NCBI GenBank assembly: GCA_964247055.1
Contig: OZ176054.1
Coordinates: forward strand, 10,850,001 to 10,914,000
Length of the DNA: 64,000 nt
Source of the DNA: Paragordius varius
Taxonomy: Eukaryota; Animalia; Nematomorpha
Direction of reading: 5' to 3'
The notes beneath the pieces are model-generated. The model saw only the letters and a list, made by a program, of their open reading frames with translations. It had not been told where the DNA came from and did not search any database. The number at the start of each line of letters is the position of its first letter. Position 1 is the first letter of the stretch. Both the position numbers and the translations under genes were made by a program. This document shows positions 12,291 through 26,464 of the stretch, one piece after another.

Positions 12291-14404
12291 AGATGAACGA
12301 AGTATATAAAAGTCGAGTATTTTGAATAAAATAAATAATTGATTAACTTTAAAAATTATACCACATACCGAAAAATATTTATTTAACATCGTATATATAT
12401 ATATATATATATATATATAATCTAATGACATTTCTTGGTTCAATAACGGATTTGATGCTTGTTATTTGCCTATGTACAAACCATCTAAAATACAGAATAT
12501 ATAATATATAACAATATTTTATTATTAAAAAATAGAGTTATGACAGGTCTCTGCGCAATGGCGCAGAATTTGCTTCCTCTAATAAAATATCAGTAAAATT
12601 GGAATATTTCAAATAAAAAGGCGTCTAAAGCCCCTAATATACGATGAGAACTTTTCTTCTCGATGCCCCCTTTTCCATAGGCACTTGACTACCTAAGAGG
12701 GCTAAAACTTTTCAAAATTCTTTAATTTATAAAACTATTTCAGTTTTAGGAATTATTAAAATGTTTTATCTTTTCTTACAGCCATCAGGATCTGCATCCC
12801 AATCAGTCGTTGTGGGTCCGGGCCGGGGTGTAGAGGTGACAAGTCCATTAGTTTGCATTGACTGTGCTGAAGTTATTGGGTGACTTTGACAAAGACACAA
12901 AGGTATTATTGTAAACAGCCTCATTATCCATATATATAGTTTCATTTTAAATGTAATATAAGGTAAAAAAATTATGCTGAAATATTTTTAAGTCAAAAAT
13001 TTGAAATGAATACTAAAATATTTTTTTCTCTTATATAAATTTTGTTGCCATTCGATATAAATGGACAATATATCATGATAATTTTATTATTCAATTATTT
13101 TGTTTTTGAATTCGCTAAATTACAGTAATTATAGGCTTTTTTGCATAAATTTACATAATTTATACGGGATGAAATATTTAACAGACGCCTTAAAAAATAA
13201 AATTCGTTCATGACACTTCAATTAATATGTCCTTCTCTTATGTTTTTTTATAAAAAACTCTATAACATAATAATAACAAAAACATTGTGTGCTAGACAAC
13301 TTTGTGGTCTTTTTAAAATGGTCGGTCATATGTAATTTACACGTATCTTTGTCGTTATTGTAAGCTTAAAATATTACCCGTAACCAGGTAAAAATAAGGT
13401 CAGGTGTTTTTTATTAGTCGTTAATTTGGTTCCTTTATGCCATAAAAATACGCCATCCTATAACGATTATTTAGTGTTAAGGTATTTTTTTCGAATAATT
13501 CATGAGACGATGGTATCAAAGATGATTCCAAATATTTGTCCTCTAAAGGCAAAGAATTTTACCCAGCACTTTTTCGATATAGGTCTATTGGTAGGGGTCT
13601 ATCGATTTAAACTGCGCCATATAGATTTGAAGTGGTTTGGCTAATTTTCAAAGAACTTAAAAAACCATACGAGTTCAGTTAAACACTTTTCTGGGGAATC
13701 TGTATAATATCATTCTTTCCTTTAAGAAGGAATAACAAATGATTTATTTTAATATCCCGTCCCAGCTGTGTGAACACAATTTTAAAATCAACCTTTAAAC
13801 CATGATTTCATAAAACGAAAATCTTAAAATAACTTCAATACTATTTAATTGTTAACTTTAATAAGGAACAGTTTAAATATGGTCAATATCGAGTAATTTT
13901 TTATAAGAACCGAAAATAGAGTGCAAAAAGGTGGTTTTGCAAAATATTATCTTATTAGCTTTAGGATCCATATGTACATTAGGGAATTAAACCAGAAGTG
14001 TTCAACACAAATGGCTTCGCGGATTGTATTTCAAAAACTAGGCTGTCCACATTTGAAATATATATGGGCATTACGAAATTTTTTGGAAGCCTATGTCAAA
14101 GTTGCTTTATTGAATATTTAAGTTTAAATATCAAATATTATACGAGTTGTGGTTTGTCACGCTTCACTGTGATATGGTCAAAATTAAATGTTTTTAGGCC
14201 TATATGGCTTAAATCACTTTATTATCTATTAAATATCCTTTGCTATCCTTGTTCGTTTTTTATTCCTCCAATTATTTTATGGTGACATTTTAAACATCCT
14301 TGTTATAATTGAATTTAAATAAATTTTAAAGCATTCGGACATAAATATTGCCGCACTTTTCTAACACAGTGTGCAAAATTGGGGGTAATTTTTAGGATAT
14401 AATA

Positions 14405-17400
14405 CGTAGCTTAATATGACCGTTGAAACATATACATCTCAAAAATATAAGGATAAAAATCGCTAATGTAGAAAAATTTTCCACTTTTTTTATATATGGT
14501 TATATTCGGAAAAAATCAATTTATTTGCATAATGTTGATCAAAAATTCTAAAACTTATATAAATATTGAATAAATATTATTTGCAATTTTTGGCCCAATA
14601 TGAATGGACAGATTTAAAGTAAACCTCAATTTAGTTAATACAACTAAATTTAGCCCTTTATATTTGTAACATAAAAAAACTTAATGAAAATCAATATAAT
14701 ATGCGCCAAAATTTAAGTGTAATTTTATTTCTTAATATTAATACTTATAGATAATAAAAATTACATTTTTACAAAGTTATAAATTTTTTGAAATTTTTTA
14801 TTTTACTAAAATAAAATTAAAATTTTTTAAAATAAATTTTCGTATATCATGTCTAGTGATTATAAATCTAGCCATATAAATTTTTACTTGGATTATTAAA
14901 TTGGGGACACGGATATTGATACTGTTGTTTTACCCTGATACTGATGGTATATATTTTATAATAATTTTAGATTCAAATATTGTGTTATTTACATTATTAA
15001 GATAACATTAAAAACCCAATGAAAATCAGCAAAAATTAGTATTACTCTCGACAAGGGAGTAAATGAACATAGATATTAGATAACAAAAGTAATATAAATT
15101 AAAATATTTTTGGGTAAAACAAACAATTGCAAGTTGTCACGAGAAATATTTTACTACAACTTTGGTAAAATTCATTTAAAATGAACTTAGCAATCAGGAG
15201 AGTCATTTAAAGACAAACTTGCTGATTACAAACAAAAATCCACCAGAAAATTACATTGGACAACAAATTTCTCTGCCATTCGAGTTTTTTGCATTTTCTG
15301 ATATTTAGTATCATTTTAACAGTAAATCTGAAATAAATATTATAACTCCTCATAAGAGTTTTGTATAATTTGGTTTTTTTGATTATGCGCCCTCTTTATC
15401 AAAATTTAACTAAAAAATGTTTTTCTTTTAAAATATAAAGTAATGCCCATTTGTAATATATCATTCGAAAGAGTGATAAAAACTCTATAAAATGCATACT
15501 AATATGTATTACATCGACAGTTAATATTGGACACAGAGAGCGACAAACGCGCGAAGCGGGAGCATTTTTTTAAATAATATATTTTTAAAACTAATGTATG
15601 AAAATACAAACTTTGTCTAGATGGTGATGAATGTCCAAAAAAGATAACACAAGAAAGTTTTTTGATTTTATTGCTTTTATGTCACTTAAAACAGCCATTT
15701 TTAAGTTTTTTGTTTTTTAAAAATTACCATCTTATCAATATTAATTTACTCTACGAGGCTCATAATTTCCAAATTTTAAAGATAAAAACAAATTTTAAGG
15801 TATTTTTGATCTTTTCCCATTAGGTAAAATATTTATGATAATAATAATTTTTTATTAAAAAAGCAAACCAAAAGCTTCAACATTTTTTTAATTAAATACT
15901 AATATAACCCTAATAATTATATTATAATATATGATTTTCAAATTGGTTTGTCTGGAAAGTTTTTGACTTATTAAATGATTAAAAATTTCGACCATTTAAA
16001 CCCAAATAACTTTTACATCTGATTGATTTAAATGACTTACTATCATTTAAAAGATACAGTTTTTTCGCTCTTTTGAATGATATAAAAAATAAGGCTTCAT
16101 ATCTGAAACTTTTAATTTTCAAAATTTCGAGTTCAATGTTAAATCGGGGCCAAAAATTATCGATAAACTCTGATTTAAAAAAAATTCTGGGTGTTCCAAT
16201 ATTCTTTTCAGATATACTAATGTACTTAAATAAAATAAATTTTAAATTTACAAGAATGGCAGTTAAAAAAAGTCAAAATTTGTTGTCTAGTGTTATATAC
16301 CCATATTTGATAAATTTATAATAAAACTAATACATATATTTAATTATCTCACTCTAAAATTATTTTGTTTTTGGATAAACGTGTTACAGACGAGGTCGCT
16401 TTTTTGAAACAATGTAAATCAAACTCCACCATAGATTGCTATTTTTATTTTTATGTTGAGTTCTGCCAAAGATCTATTGGTTCCTATTAAATTATCCATT
16501 CTCTTCTTGGGCCATCGCAAACAAACTATACTACTTAGGATGTATAAGATTCAACTCATTGGAAAAGTTCTTGATATTGAGAAAGTCTTTTTTGCCAAAA
16601 TATTAATAACACAAAATACCCGATTAAAATATTCATAAAATAAATATCAACACCTTATAATCGATTCAAATATATGTATTTAAAGAAATGGTACTCAACA
16701 AAAAATTTAAAGAAAAATAGAAATCTATGGTACATTGTTTCAAAAAAGCGACCTAGTCTGTAACACATTCATCTAAAAACAAATAAATAATTTTTGAGAA
16801 AATTAAATATATTATATGTATTAGATTTATTACATTACACAATGAACATAATGTAAATTTATCAAATATGGATATCAAAAAGTTTGTCACTAAATGATTC
16901 TCACAATAAATTATATTGGATTGATTGGTATATTCATTTTTTATGAAATTCACCAAAGTCGTAGTAAAATATTCCTCGTGACAATTTGCGGTTTTTTGTT
17001 TTACCTAAAAATATTTTAAATTATATTATTTTTGTTATCCAATTTATATGAAGGGATTTCATATACATACTTGTCGAGATTAATACTAATTTTTGCTGAT
17101 TTTTATTGGGGTTTTAATGTTATCTTGATAATCTAAATTACACAATATTTGAATCTAATATTAAAAAATATACCATCAGTATCAGCGTAAAACAACTAAC
17201 TTGACTGTATAAATATCAGTATCCACAATTCAATAATCCGGGTGAAATATTCATATGGCTAGATTTATAATCACTAGACATGATCACACGAAAATTTATA
17301 TCAAAGAATTTTAGTATTTATTTTAGTAAAATAATTTCAAAAATTGTGAAAATGTAACTTTTATTATATATATATATATATATAAGTAATGTTAATATAA

Positions 17401-17715
17401 CAAATAAAGTTAAACGTAATTTTGGCGCATATTATATTGATTTTCAACTTGTATTTTTTATGAAAGGGCTAATTTTAGTTGTATTTACTAAATTGAGGTT
17501 TATTTTTAATCTATCCATTCATATAGGGCCGAAAATTGCAAATATTATTTATTCTATATTTATACAAGTTTTATAGTTTTTGATCAAATATTATGCAAAT
17601 AAATTGATTTTTTCCGAATATAACCATATATGGAAAAAGTGGAATTTTTTTTTTCTACATCGACTATTATTTTTAACTTAAGATGTATATGTCACAACGA
17701 TCATATTAAGCTAGG
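14405..17715. repeat. Large foldback/inverted repeat with ~1-kb arms and a ~310-bp spacer; left arm interrupted by a family D insertion
   Basis: 14405-15253 plus 16293-16420 is the reverse complement of about 16730-17715. The innermost 36 bp match 35/36 (16381-16416 vs 16731-16766). Confidence 0.8.
15254..16292. mobile_element. Family D Chapaev3-like non-autonomous element
   Basis: CATTGGACAACAAATTT...AAATTTGTTGTCTAGTG with a TTA target duplication on both sides. Confidence 0.8.
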
Positions 17716-18819
17716 TGTGGGATCTTGAGAAAATTTGTTGAACACTGTGTAATATGCGGCTTGAATACACTCGGGTCATATAAGAATAAAAGAAATTCTA
17801 TCATAAATTTGATTGGAGACATTTTCCGAAAAATCGAGCAAACATTATGCACACTTCTATATAAATGTATATAAAGGTTTGCAAAATAGGACATTTCGAA
17901 TAAATTATATCTCCACATATGGAGATACTTTTTTAGGTTTTTACATTTTTTAATATAGAAGTTTTTATTGTTGGACTGATGTTGCATGGAGATTTCTCGC
18001 TTAAAATGGGAATGTCATCCTTATGATGGTGTATTATACAAGAAATGAATGTCGAATTCAATATGATTGGTGCTACACGTTTTATTCCAAAAAATTGCCT
18101 ATTCTGGAAGCGCTTACACCTGGTGCGGTTCCACCCGAGTGCAAATATAAAAAAATGCCCTGCTCAACCCTTAGACAAATAAGTCATCTATGAATTCAAA
18201 TGTTCTCTTCCGATAATCGGTTTATATTTTAACATAAAAACCGTAATTTTACGGGGTGGACGGCTTCACACAGGGGCTAATTCATAAAAGCGGTTACAGC
18301 GCGTGTAAATAAAAAATTCTATTAAATTTAAATGAGCCTCTTTTACTAGAGATTACTCCAAATCAGTCAACTCCTATAATGATTTTAAATATGTTTTTAT
18401 CTTTGCATCTTGCAGTAATGCTTTAAACAGGGAAATACAACACTTATAGAAAAGTCATAATGTGCTAATAAATTACCCAATTCGTAATTAATTTTAAAAA
18501 GTAATTACCAATTGTGAGTAAATTTGTTTATAGGTATTATAATTTGGACACTAAGTTTGAATTATAATAAGTTCATAGACATTTTCACGCTTGTTAAAAC
18601 AATATTCGACCTGGATTTAGTAAATAAGCCAAAATGACTAAATCAGTCACTGCATGCTCCTTACGTTTAAAAAAAATAATACTTTCTACTAACTGCTCAA
18701 AAAAGTAACAGCCTTTTTAAAATGAGATGATCAAAAAACCAGGTCAGTATCTTGTTCAACACGATAGTATTAAAACATGGTTCTACATAGGTGAAAGCAT
18801 TATAACATCGTGCCTATAA

Positions 18820-19944
18820 CACTAGACAACAAATTTTAACTTTTTTTAACTGCCATTCTTGTAAATTTAAAATTTATTTCATTAAAGTATATAATTAGTA
18901 TATCTGAAAAGAAAATTGGTCTGGCATGGAAGAATTTTTTTATATTAGAGTTTATCGATAATTTTTGGCCCCGATTTAACATTAAACTCGAAATTTCGAA
19001 AATTAAAAGTTTTAGATATTAAGCCAAGTATTTTATATCATTCGAAAGAGCGCAAAAAACTGCATCTTTTAAATGGTAGTAAGTCATTTAAATCAATCGG
19101 ATGTAAAAGTTATTTGGATTTGAATGGTCGAAATTTTCAATCCTTAAATAAGTCATGAATTTTCACAGACAAACTAATTTGAAAATCATATAAATTATTT
19201 TAATATAATTATTAGGGCTATATTAGTATTTAATTTAAAAAAAATGTTTGAAAAAGCTTTTGGCTTGCTTTTTTAATAAAAATTATTATTATCATAAATA
19301 TTTTACCTAGTGGATACTAAAATGCATAGTTATAACTGTAAATTTATTACATAATGGCTATAAAAGATCAAAAATACCTTAAACTTTGTTTTTATCTTTA
19401 AAATTTCGAAATTATCAGCATTATAAAGAAAATAAATTAATATTGATGAGATGGTAGTTTTTAAAAAACAAAAAACTTAAAAATGGCTGTTTTGAGTGAC
19501 ATAAAAGCAATAAAAAAATGTTTTAATCAAAAAAACTTTCTTGTGTTATCTTTTTTGGACATTCATCACCATCAAAACAAAGTTTGAGCTATTTTCATCC
19601 ATTAGTTTTAAAAATATAATAATTAAAAAAAAATGATCTCGCTTCGCGCGTTTGTCGCTCTTTGTGTCCAATATTAACTGTTGATGTAATACATATTAGT
19701 ATGCATTTTATAGAGTTTTTATTACTCTTTCGAATGATATATTATGAATGGGCATTACTTGTATATTTTTAAAGAAAAATATTTTTTAGTAAAATTTTGA
19801 TAAAGAGGGCGCATAATCAAAAAATCAAATTATACAAAATTCTTCCAATGAGTTATAATTTTTCTTTCAGATTTTCTGTTACAATGATACTAAATATCAG
19901 AAAATTCAAAAAACTCGAATGGCAGAAAAATTTGTTGTCCAGTG
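18820..19944. mobile_element. Family D Chapaev3-like non-autonomous element
   Basis: CACTAGACAACAAATTTT...AAAATTTGTTGTCCAGTG with TAA on both sides. Confidence 0.82.
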
Positions 19945-21230
19945 TAATGCATTGGGTTTGGTTGTGAGTTTTATTTTTACAATGATCGTTTGCAGGTAAG
20001 TTTTTAGAGAATATTAAATATTATGTATAAGAGATGTATACGCAAACGAATAACTTTTCAAACTTTCAAATACCTATAGAAACTTAAAGAACAGACATTA
20101 ATACCAGTTAGTATATTTTTGGGGATTGGTCCCGAACACTTCTTTAAATAAGGACACATTATATTGCCGAAACTCATATCTTAACAGAACAAGCATTTAT
20201 CGCTGAATCATTCAAAATCTGAATATAAAATTTATCCCTTAATAGAAGGATGGCCTTAACCCATTTTAATAAAAACAATAATTAGTATTATCTAATATTA
20301 TTGAAAGGGTAATTAATTCAGCATATAACATTCTTGAAGTTACGGCTTTTCCTATTATTTTCCCTCACACACTATATAGGGCATCACAGTTTAATATCAT
20401 ACATATATTGTTTCAACAAATACTTTTAAAAAAAGAATCTTGAAATTTTATCATTAAATTATTTTAAAAATCCGCAAGTCCTTCCTTTTTGACAACTAAC
20501 TGAAATTTTTTTATTTGTTAGATCATTAAATTTTAAGTAAGCACGATGATATTTACAAATTAAAAGATTTTAAAAAAACACTGACTCTCAAATAAGATTT
20601 TAAAAATTGAGTTTTATCTATACAAAAATACTAAAATAAATTTGACACAATAGACATGATGCGGAATGTGTTACCATTGACTCACATATATGAAATGCCA
20701 ATATTAAAACAAATTAGCTTGCGATTAATTAAAGTAAATTATTTTAATTATTTAGTGTACCAGAATCTAAAAGTTTCAAAGGGTATACAAACCAACATTA
20801 AATTCGATATGACAAAAATTAAGAGATATTACACAATCAATGATTAATTAAGGTATAAATATATATTGACCAAAATTACAAATGGTTTTTTTGGAAATAT
20901 TAAAGTAAATGCGTCATAAATTACCATATATTTATCAGGAATTACCAAATTGCTTATATTTTTGATATTTATATAAAGAATTTTTATATGTAAACGCCTG
21001 AAACAATAAGAAAATAAATGATGTTTAACCATACTGTTTAATAAGGGAGAAAATATGTCAAAACAATTTGTAAAAAAATAATTTACGTCAAACATATCCA
21101 AGTTACGTGTCTTAGACAGGGTATATAAATACGCCAAATTTCGACACCTAAAACAATTTTTTTACTCTAAATATTCAACATAATAAATTCAGAAATTTAT
21201 TAATTCATCAATTTTCTTCATCATTGGAAT

Positions 21231-21506
21231 ATGGCAACATCCAAAGCAAATGCTTTTACTCGATTATTTCACATTCAATTAGGATTTATGCTTGTGATAA
21301 GCTGTGTAGCTTTCATCCTGTATTCTGGTCATGAATGCTTACCTGTTAACCAAAATTCTGGCATGACATTCAAACCACAAAACCTTACTAATGCATCGTT
21401 TGAAATCCCCGAAGAATTCAAAAAGCTCTTAGGACAATTTTCAAATAATACAAAAACTCTTGTTGTAGTTTTTGTAGATGATAATGACACTTTTTCACAC
21501 CTCTAA
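21231..21506 (+). CDS. Candidate small secreted or membrane-anchored protein (91 aa), family not recognised
   Basis: ATG start, hydrophobic stretch LGFMLVISCVAFILYSG, four N-x-S/T sites, an acceptor-like site at 21192 and a strong CAG|GTAAGT donor at 19995 that could supply a 5' UTR exon. Confidence 0.45.
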   Translation: MATSKANAFTRLFHIQLGFMLVISCVAFILYSGHECLPVNQNSGMTFKPQNLTNASFEIPEEFKKLLGQFSNNTKTLVVVFVDDNDTFSHL

Positions 21507-21605
21507 ATGGGTGCAGCTCCTAACATTGATTACTATCATAAATGATCTAGAACTGAATACACAACTATTTTTAATAAATATAAATATTATTCTATATTTA
21601 TACAA

Positions 21606-21642
<37 letters not shown>

Positions 21643-24600
21643 ATTATGAGTTTATAAAACAATATAATAACTATCTATGCAGTTAATTATAATAAATTAA
21701 AAAAAATTGAATTATAATCCCATATTGAGTGTTATACTTATATCATTAACTATGAATTTATTGTTTTCAGAATAAATTCAAATATTAAATGATAGCTATG
21801 GCATAACTTAGGAAGATTTATAATTTTAAAAGGTCTAGTTGATTGATTTTATTATTGGTAAGGGGGATTGTATTGTAGATTCCGTAAAAATTTATCCTCT
21901 CTCTCTCCCCTCTCCCTATCTCCCTCTTAAAGTATTTATCAAGTATGAAAGCTTTTCCGATTACATTTTTATGTAGCTTTCGTACTAAAAAACTGTGCTA
22001 TTTGGCTGCTTTATTAAATACCCCAATCTAGTATATAAATACGAAGTTGCATTTGGTTGAAAAGGTGTTGTTTTAAACTAAAAATGGTATATTTCTACTT
22101 TTATGGTAATTTCTCCATGTCAAACCATAAATTTGCAGAGAATATAATATTTAAATTTTTTTGGAAAATCAAAATGCTATGCTTTAATCGAAAAAATATA
22201 ATAAAATAAAATATATTTTAGAACAATATTAAATCATAACTTTAGATATGAGCACGGAAAGTCCCTGGCCTCCTAATTGGTATGGAAAAATGATGGATGG
22301 GATTGCGAGATAGGAATTTATGTTTACTGTCAAAAAAAATTTTCAGATATGCAAAAAATAAATTTATAGCAAAAATTAAATGAAGCGTAGTTTGTAGCAT
22401 TTTAAGCATGGAGGTAATGGTATTAAACATTGTGAGATATTATAAAACATTTTTTTAATATTCTTGATGAATATTCACCGGAATTTCGATATTGTATGTT
22501 CGTCGGTTTTCAATTAAATATGTGTTTATCAAAAATAATTTACTATAATATAAAAAACATATCTTGTAATTAAAATTCTGAGGTTATTAATTTTTTTAGG
22601 ATAAAGTGTTCTATGACGTTAATTTTATGCTTTAAAATATCAAATACGCTGCATCTAAATTTTGCATATTAGTTTTTGGAGAAAGTATGCATTTTCCCAA
22701 AAAATTATAATTGTCATTATCCATTAAATATTAAAATTAGCACACACTCTCGGATTTTTTAGGAAAACTAGCCCATTTTGGATGGGTAACTTAAAGGCTT
22801 TCGGAACGCACAAATTAAGATTAAAATATATTAATTTGTTGCTATTTAAATATAGTATCTAATATAAAGTTTTCAAAATATCTGTACGCGATTTTGGCTT
22901 AGTGTTATACAGCAGAGCTGAAAGGAGTAAAACTACTATTTTAAAAGTTATATTTGTAAAATTGATCTAAATCTTATCTGTATATAGATAAAAAATAAAT
23001 TATATAGTTTTTTAACATATAATAAGAATATATAGTTACAAAACATAGAAGCAAACAGCTGATATATAATTATATTTAGCATAAAATGCGTAAACTTTAT
23101 TCTTGCATGTGGATTTAACACAAATATCTATATTTTTCATATATACCTCGTAAAAATCTAAAGGGATCTAAAGAATCCTGATACATTTCTTTATCAGAAA
23201 ATATATATATTTTATCATGGTAATTATTTTTACTTTCAAATTTAGTGTATATACTTATTTAATATGGACACTGCATAAAACTACAAAAATACTATTCTAA
23301 CAGAGTGTCCACAAAATATATCATGAAAATATATTGATGAGAAAAGTATCAGGATTATTTAATTAAGTTTAGAATTTTGTGGGAACTGCTCTAGATAAAA
23401 TTCGCAAAATTTGCGCACATTTTGTTAAATAAATGTTTTAGGCCAGGACTAAATGCTCTTCTTTCCCAAAAATATCACTATTAAATATAATAAATACATA
23501 TATAAAGCAAATTTTTATATATGGGCTTGGGCTCCAAAAGCTCAAAATATTTTCGCTCTTCCAAAATCGACTAACTCTTAAAATAAACGACATGCATGGA
23601 TGGCGCGATAAAAAAAACTATATGCTAAATTTTAAAATCAATTAAGAATATAAGGAAAGTGTAAACATTAGCATACTTTAATATAATTTGAGTCTGATAG
23701 AAACATTATTAAACGCTTGATGATATTATAAAAACCCTTTTTTTATATAATTCGATAATACTAACCTAGCGCATCAGATTTTAAAAGTTCTTTTGTTTTC
23801 ATATTTGGGTTTTTTTATCAAATAACAGGTTATACTTGAATTTCGGAAAGAATAATTTAATTAAAATTCTGAGGTAATAAAAATGTTCAATATCATCGAA
23901 TATTATTGAATAAATCTTATTAAAATTTAATTCCTAAATTAAAAATTACTATTTTCAGCTTTAAAACTAAAAACACAAACTTTTGCAAAAATTTTAAAAT
24001 AAAAATGGCCTCCAAGTAGTCGGATATGAATTTTAAACTAAATTTTATATTTATACAAAATTATTAAAAAAAAACTTTTTTAAAAAATATTTTTATATCA
24101 AAATGTATATAATTAACAATAACAATTGTAAAATCCGTATTATAATGATGATCGAAAATTAATTAGAAAAATTAATTGAAAGATAAATTAACAGAAATTA
24201 TAAACGATATGTGAAACCCTTTCGTCAATAGAATCGCAGACTAGTTTCTTGCTTGTTAGCACTCATCAGTACGACAACTCTTATTACAAAACATAATCAA
24301 TCCGTCATTTACCATTACATTATATATTTAACATTTTAATCGCACAACCGGCATTTTTGCGCTTATTTTAATAGGAGTAGAAGAGCGAAAAAATTGGGAC
24401 TTTCGGCGCCTACGTCTAAAAATTAACACTTCATTCAAGTTGGGGCATTAAATATCCTAGACTAACTTTAAGTTAGAATTTTTAAAAAAACTACTGAAGG
24501 AAACGGTACCAATTTAAATTTATGCTTCTACCCTAATAAGAATTATATAAATAAGCTAAAATATTTAAATAAAATTTCGTTTTGAAAATTCCATGTCAAA

Positions 24601-24765
24601 CTACTTTGATGCCATTTTTTTCAAATTTTTTGCAAAATATCATGTTAAATTTAAAGGTAAAATTAAAGCCAATTTTTTATTTAAATCCTATCTAACATTG
24701 ATAGAAATAGAAAAAGTTTTATTTTGTATTTTTTATAGTTTAGCACACATGTCAAGTTTACTTAA

Positions 24766-25366
24766 CACTTCGATTCAAATTGGGGTATCTAAATACCCCA
24801 GGCTAAATTTAAATTAATATTTTTAAAAAACTCTTGAAGGAAACGGTTCCCATTTGAAATAAAACATCTATTCGTATAAAAATATGCCAAAATATCTTAA
24901 TAAAATTTGTTTTGAAAAAAAGTTCCATGTCACACTACTTCGACATCATTTTTATTTTAAAATTTTTTTGCAAAATATCGTCTTCATTTAATTTTAAGGG
25001 TAAAATTAAGCTAATTTCCTATTTAAATTACATCTAACATGGATAGAGATAGAAAAAGCGGTCTATTTCGTATTATTTTTTATGTTCATAAAAACTCTAC
25101 TATGTTGATATGCGCTGATTTTAAGTGAAATATAGGATGTCCCGTAGACGAAATTTTTACCTTTCGGTTTAAGCTTAAAATTAGTAATATTAAGTATTTT
25201 TGAATAAATTTTTTTATATTTAAGTTTAATAATGTTATATAAGTGCAAAATGTTGCCATGGTTTCGATTCCTCCCATACTTTTTAAAGTATTTGATTTAA
25301 AACAGGCCTGGGGTATCCAACTACCCCAATTTGAATCCAATAAAATGAGTGTGTTGTATCCAAGTG
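24766..25366. mobile_element. piggyBac-like non-autonomous element (family G), nested in an older copy of itself (about 24427-25567)
   Basis: TTAA|CACTTCGAT...ATCCAAGTG|TTAA; near-identical copy at 48286-48865; the flanks on both sides are homologous to the same family. Confidence 0.72.
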
Positions 25367-26464
25367 TTAATTTTTACCTTTGGGTTTTACCTTAAAATAA
25401 TTAACATCAAGTATTTTTGATAAAATATTATAATTATTCCTGTTTATCGATATATATGTGAAAAATTTTGCCAGAGTTACGATTCCTTCCATTTTTTACA
25501 AAGTGTTTGTAGGCCTAGGTTAACTACCCCAATTTTAATGGAAGGACTGAAAGTGTTGTATCCAAGTAAAATACTTTAAATTTTGTTTTGCCCTTCATAC
25601 GTAGTTAATGATGTATTTTTATCTTTCTGGAATGAAGCATTTAGCTATCAACAAATCTTTTTATTTAACAAAAAATCTGCAGATTCATTTTCAGATATAG
25701 AGCAGTCGCTATAATAGTGTAATGTAACTAACTATGTTACACTGGTAAGGCCCAAAACCAAGATCATTTAATCCTGATACATTTAGCAGAATATATATTT
25801 TTTCTCAGATATTCTTTACCTCTTCTTTTTAAACGAGGTATTAGAAAAATGAATATATATTTTCATTGTGAATTAAAGCGGTTGTGTCAATTACGAAATT
25901 ATTTATAATTTTTCGGTAATTGCCCATACATAGCCCAAATCGGGGGAGAAAAAATATAAGGATGAATTATATATTTAACAAATTAACTAGAATTCTTTTG
26001 TGCGTGAAGTTGTCACTTTTTAAATTTTCCATTATTGCGATACTTGCCCCATATCGATTGTAAAATTAATGTACATTATATATTTTTTGTAAAAGCCAAA
26101 GAAGGACATAATTTTATAAATAGATAGTTAAATGTTGGCATTGATTAAAAATAAAGGTAGAATAAAGATTTTTAATATATACTAATCAATATTTTTTTAT
26201 AAAAAAAATACTTTATTAAATAGTAAAAATTTATTAACGCACATCCTATATCTTTTGAAGCTGGTAGAAACGGCATGAAACATATTATATCTGACCATCT
26301 TACATAAACGCTGTAAATCTTTATCATTTTGAAATTCTTTCGCATAAATAGATTTTATATAATCAACACCTTTTGGGAAATATATTACCATGCCGTATAG
26401 AATACATTCTTTTTTACACATGACATTTACTTAAAAATTTGAATTCTAAAAGTACAGATTTGCG

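Noticed and set aside
16381-16766. Stand-alone MITE with 36-bp TIR
   Set aside because: Homology continues outward on both sides; these are the inner ends of the larger 14405-17715 foldback.
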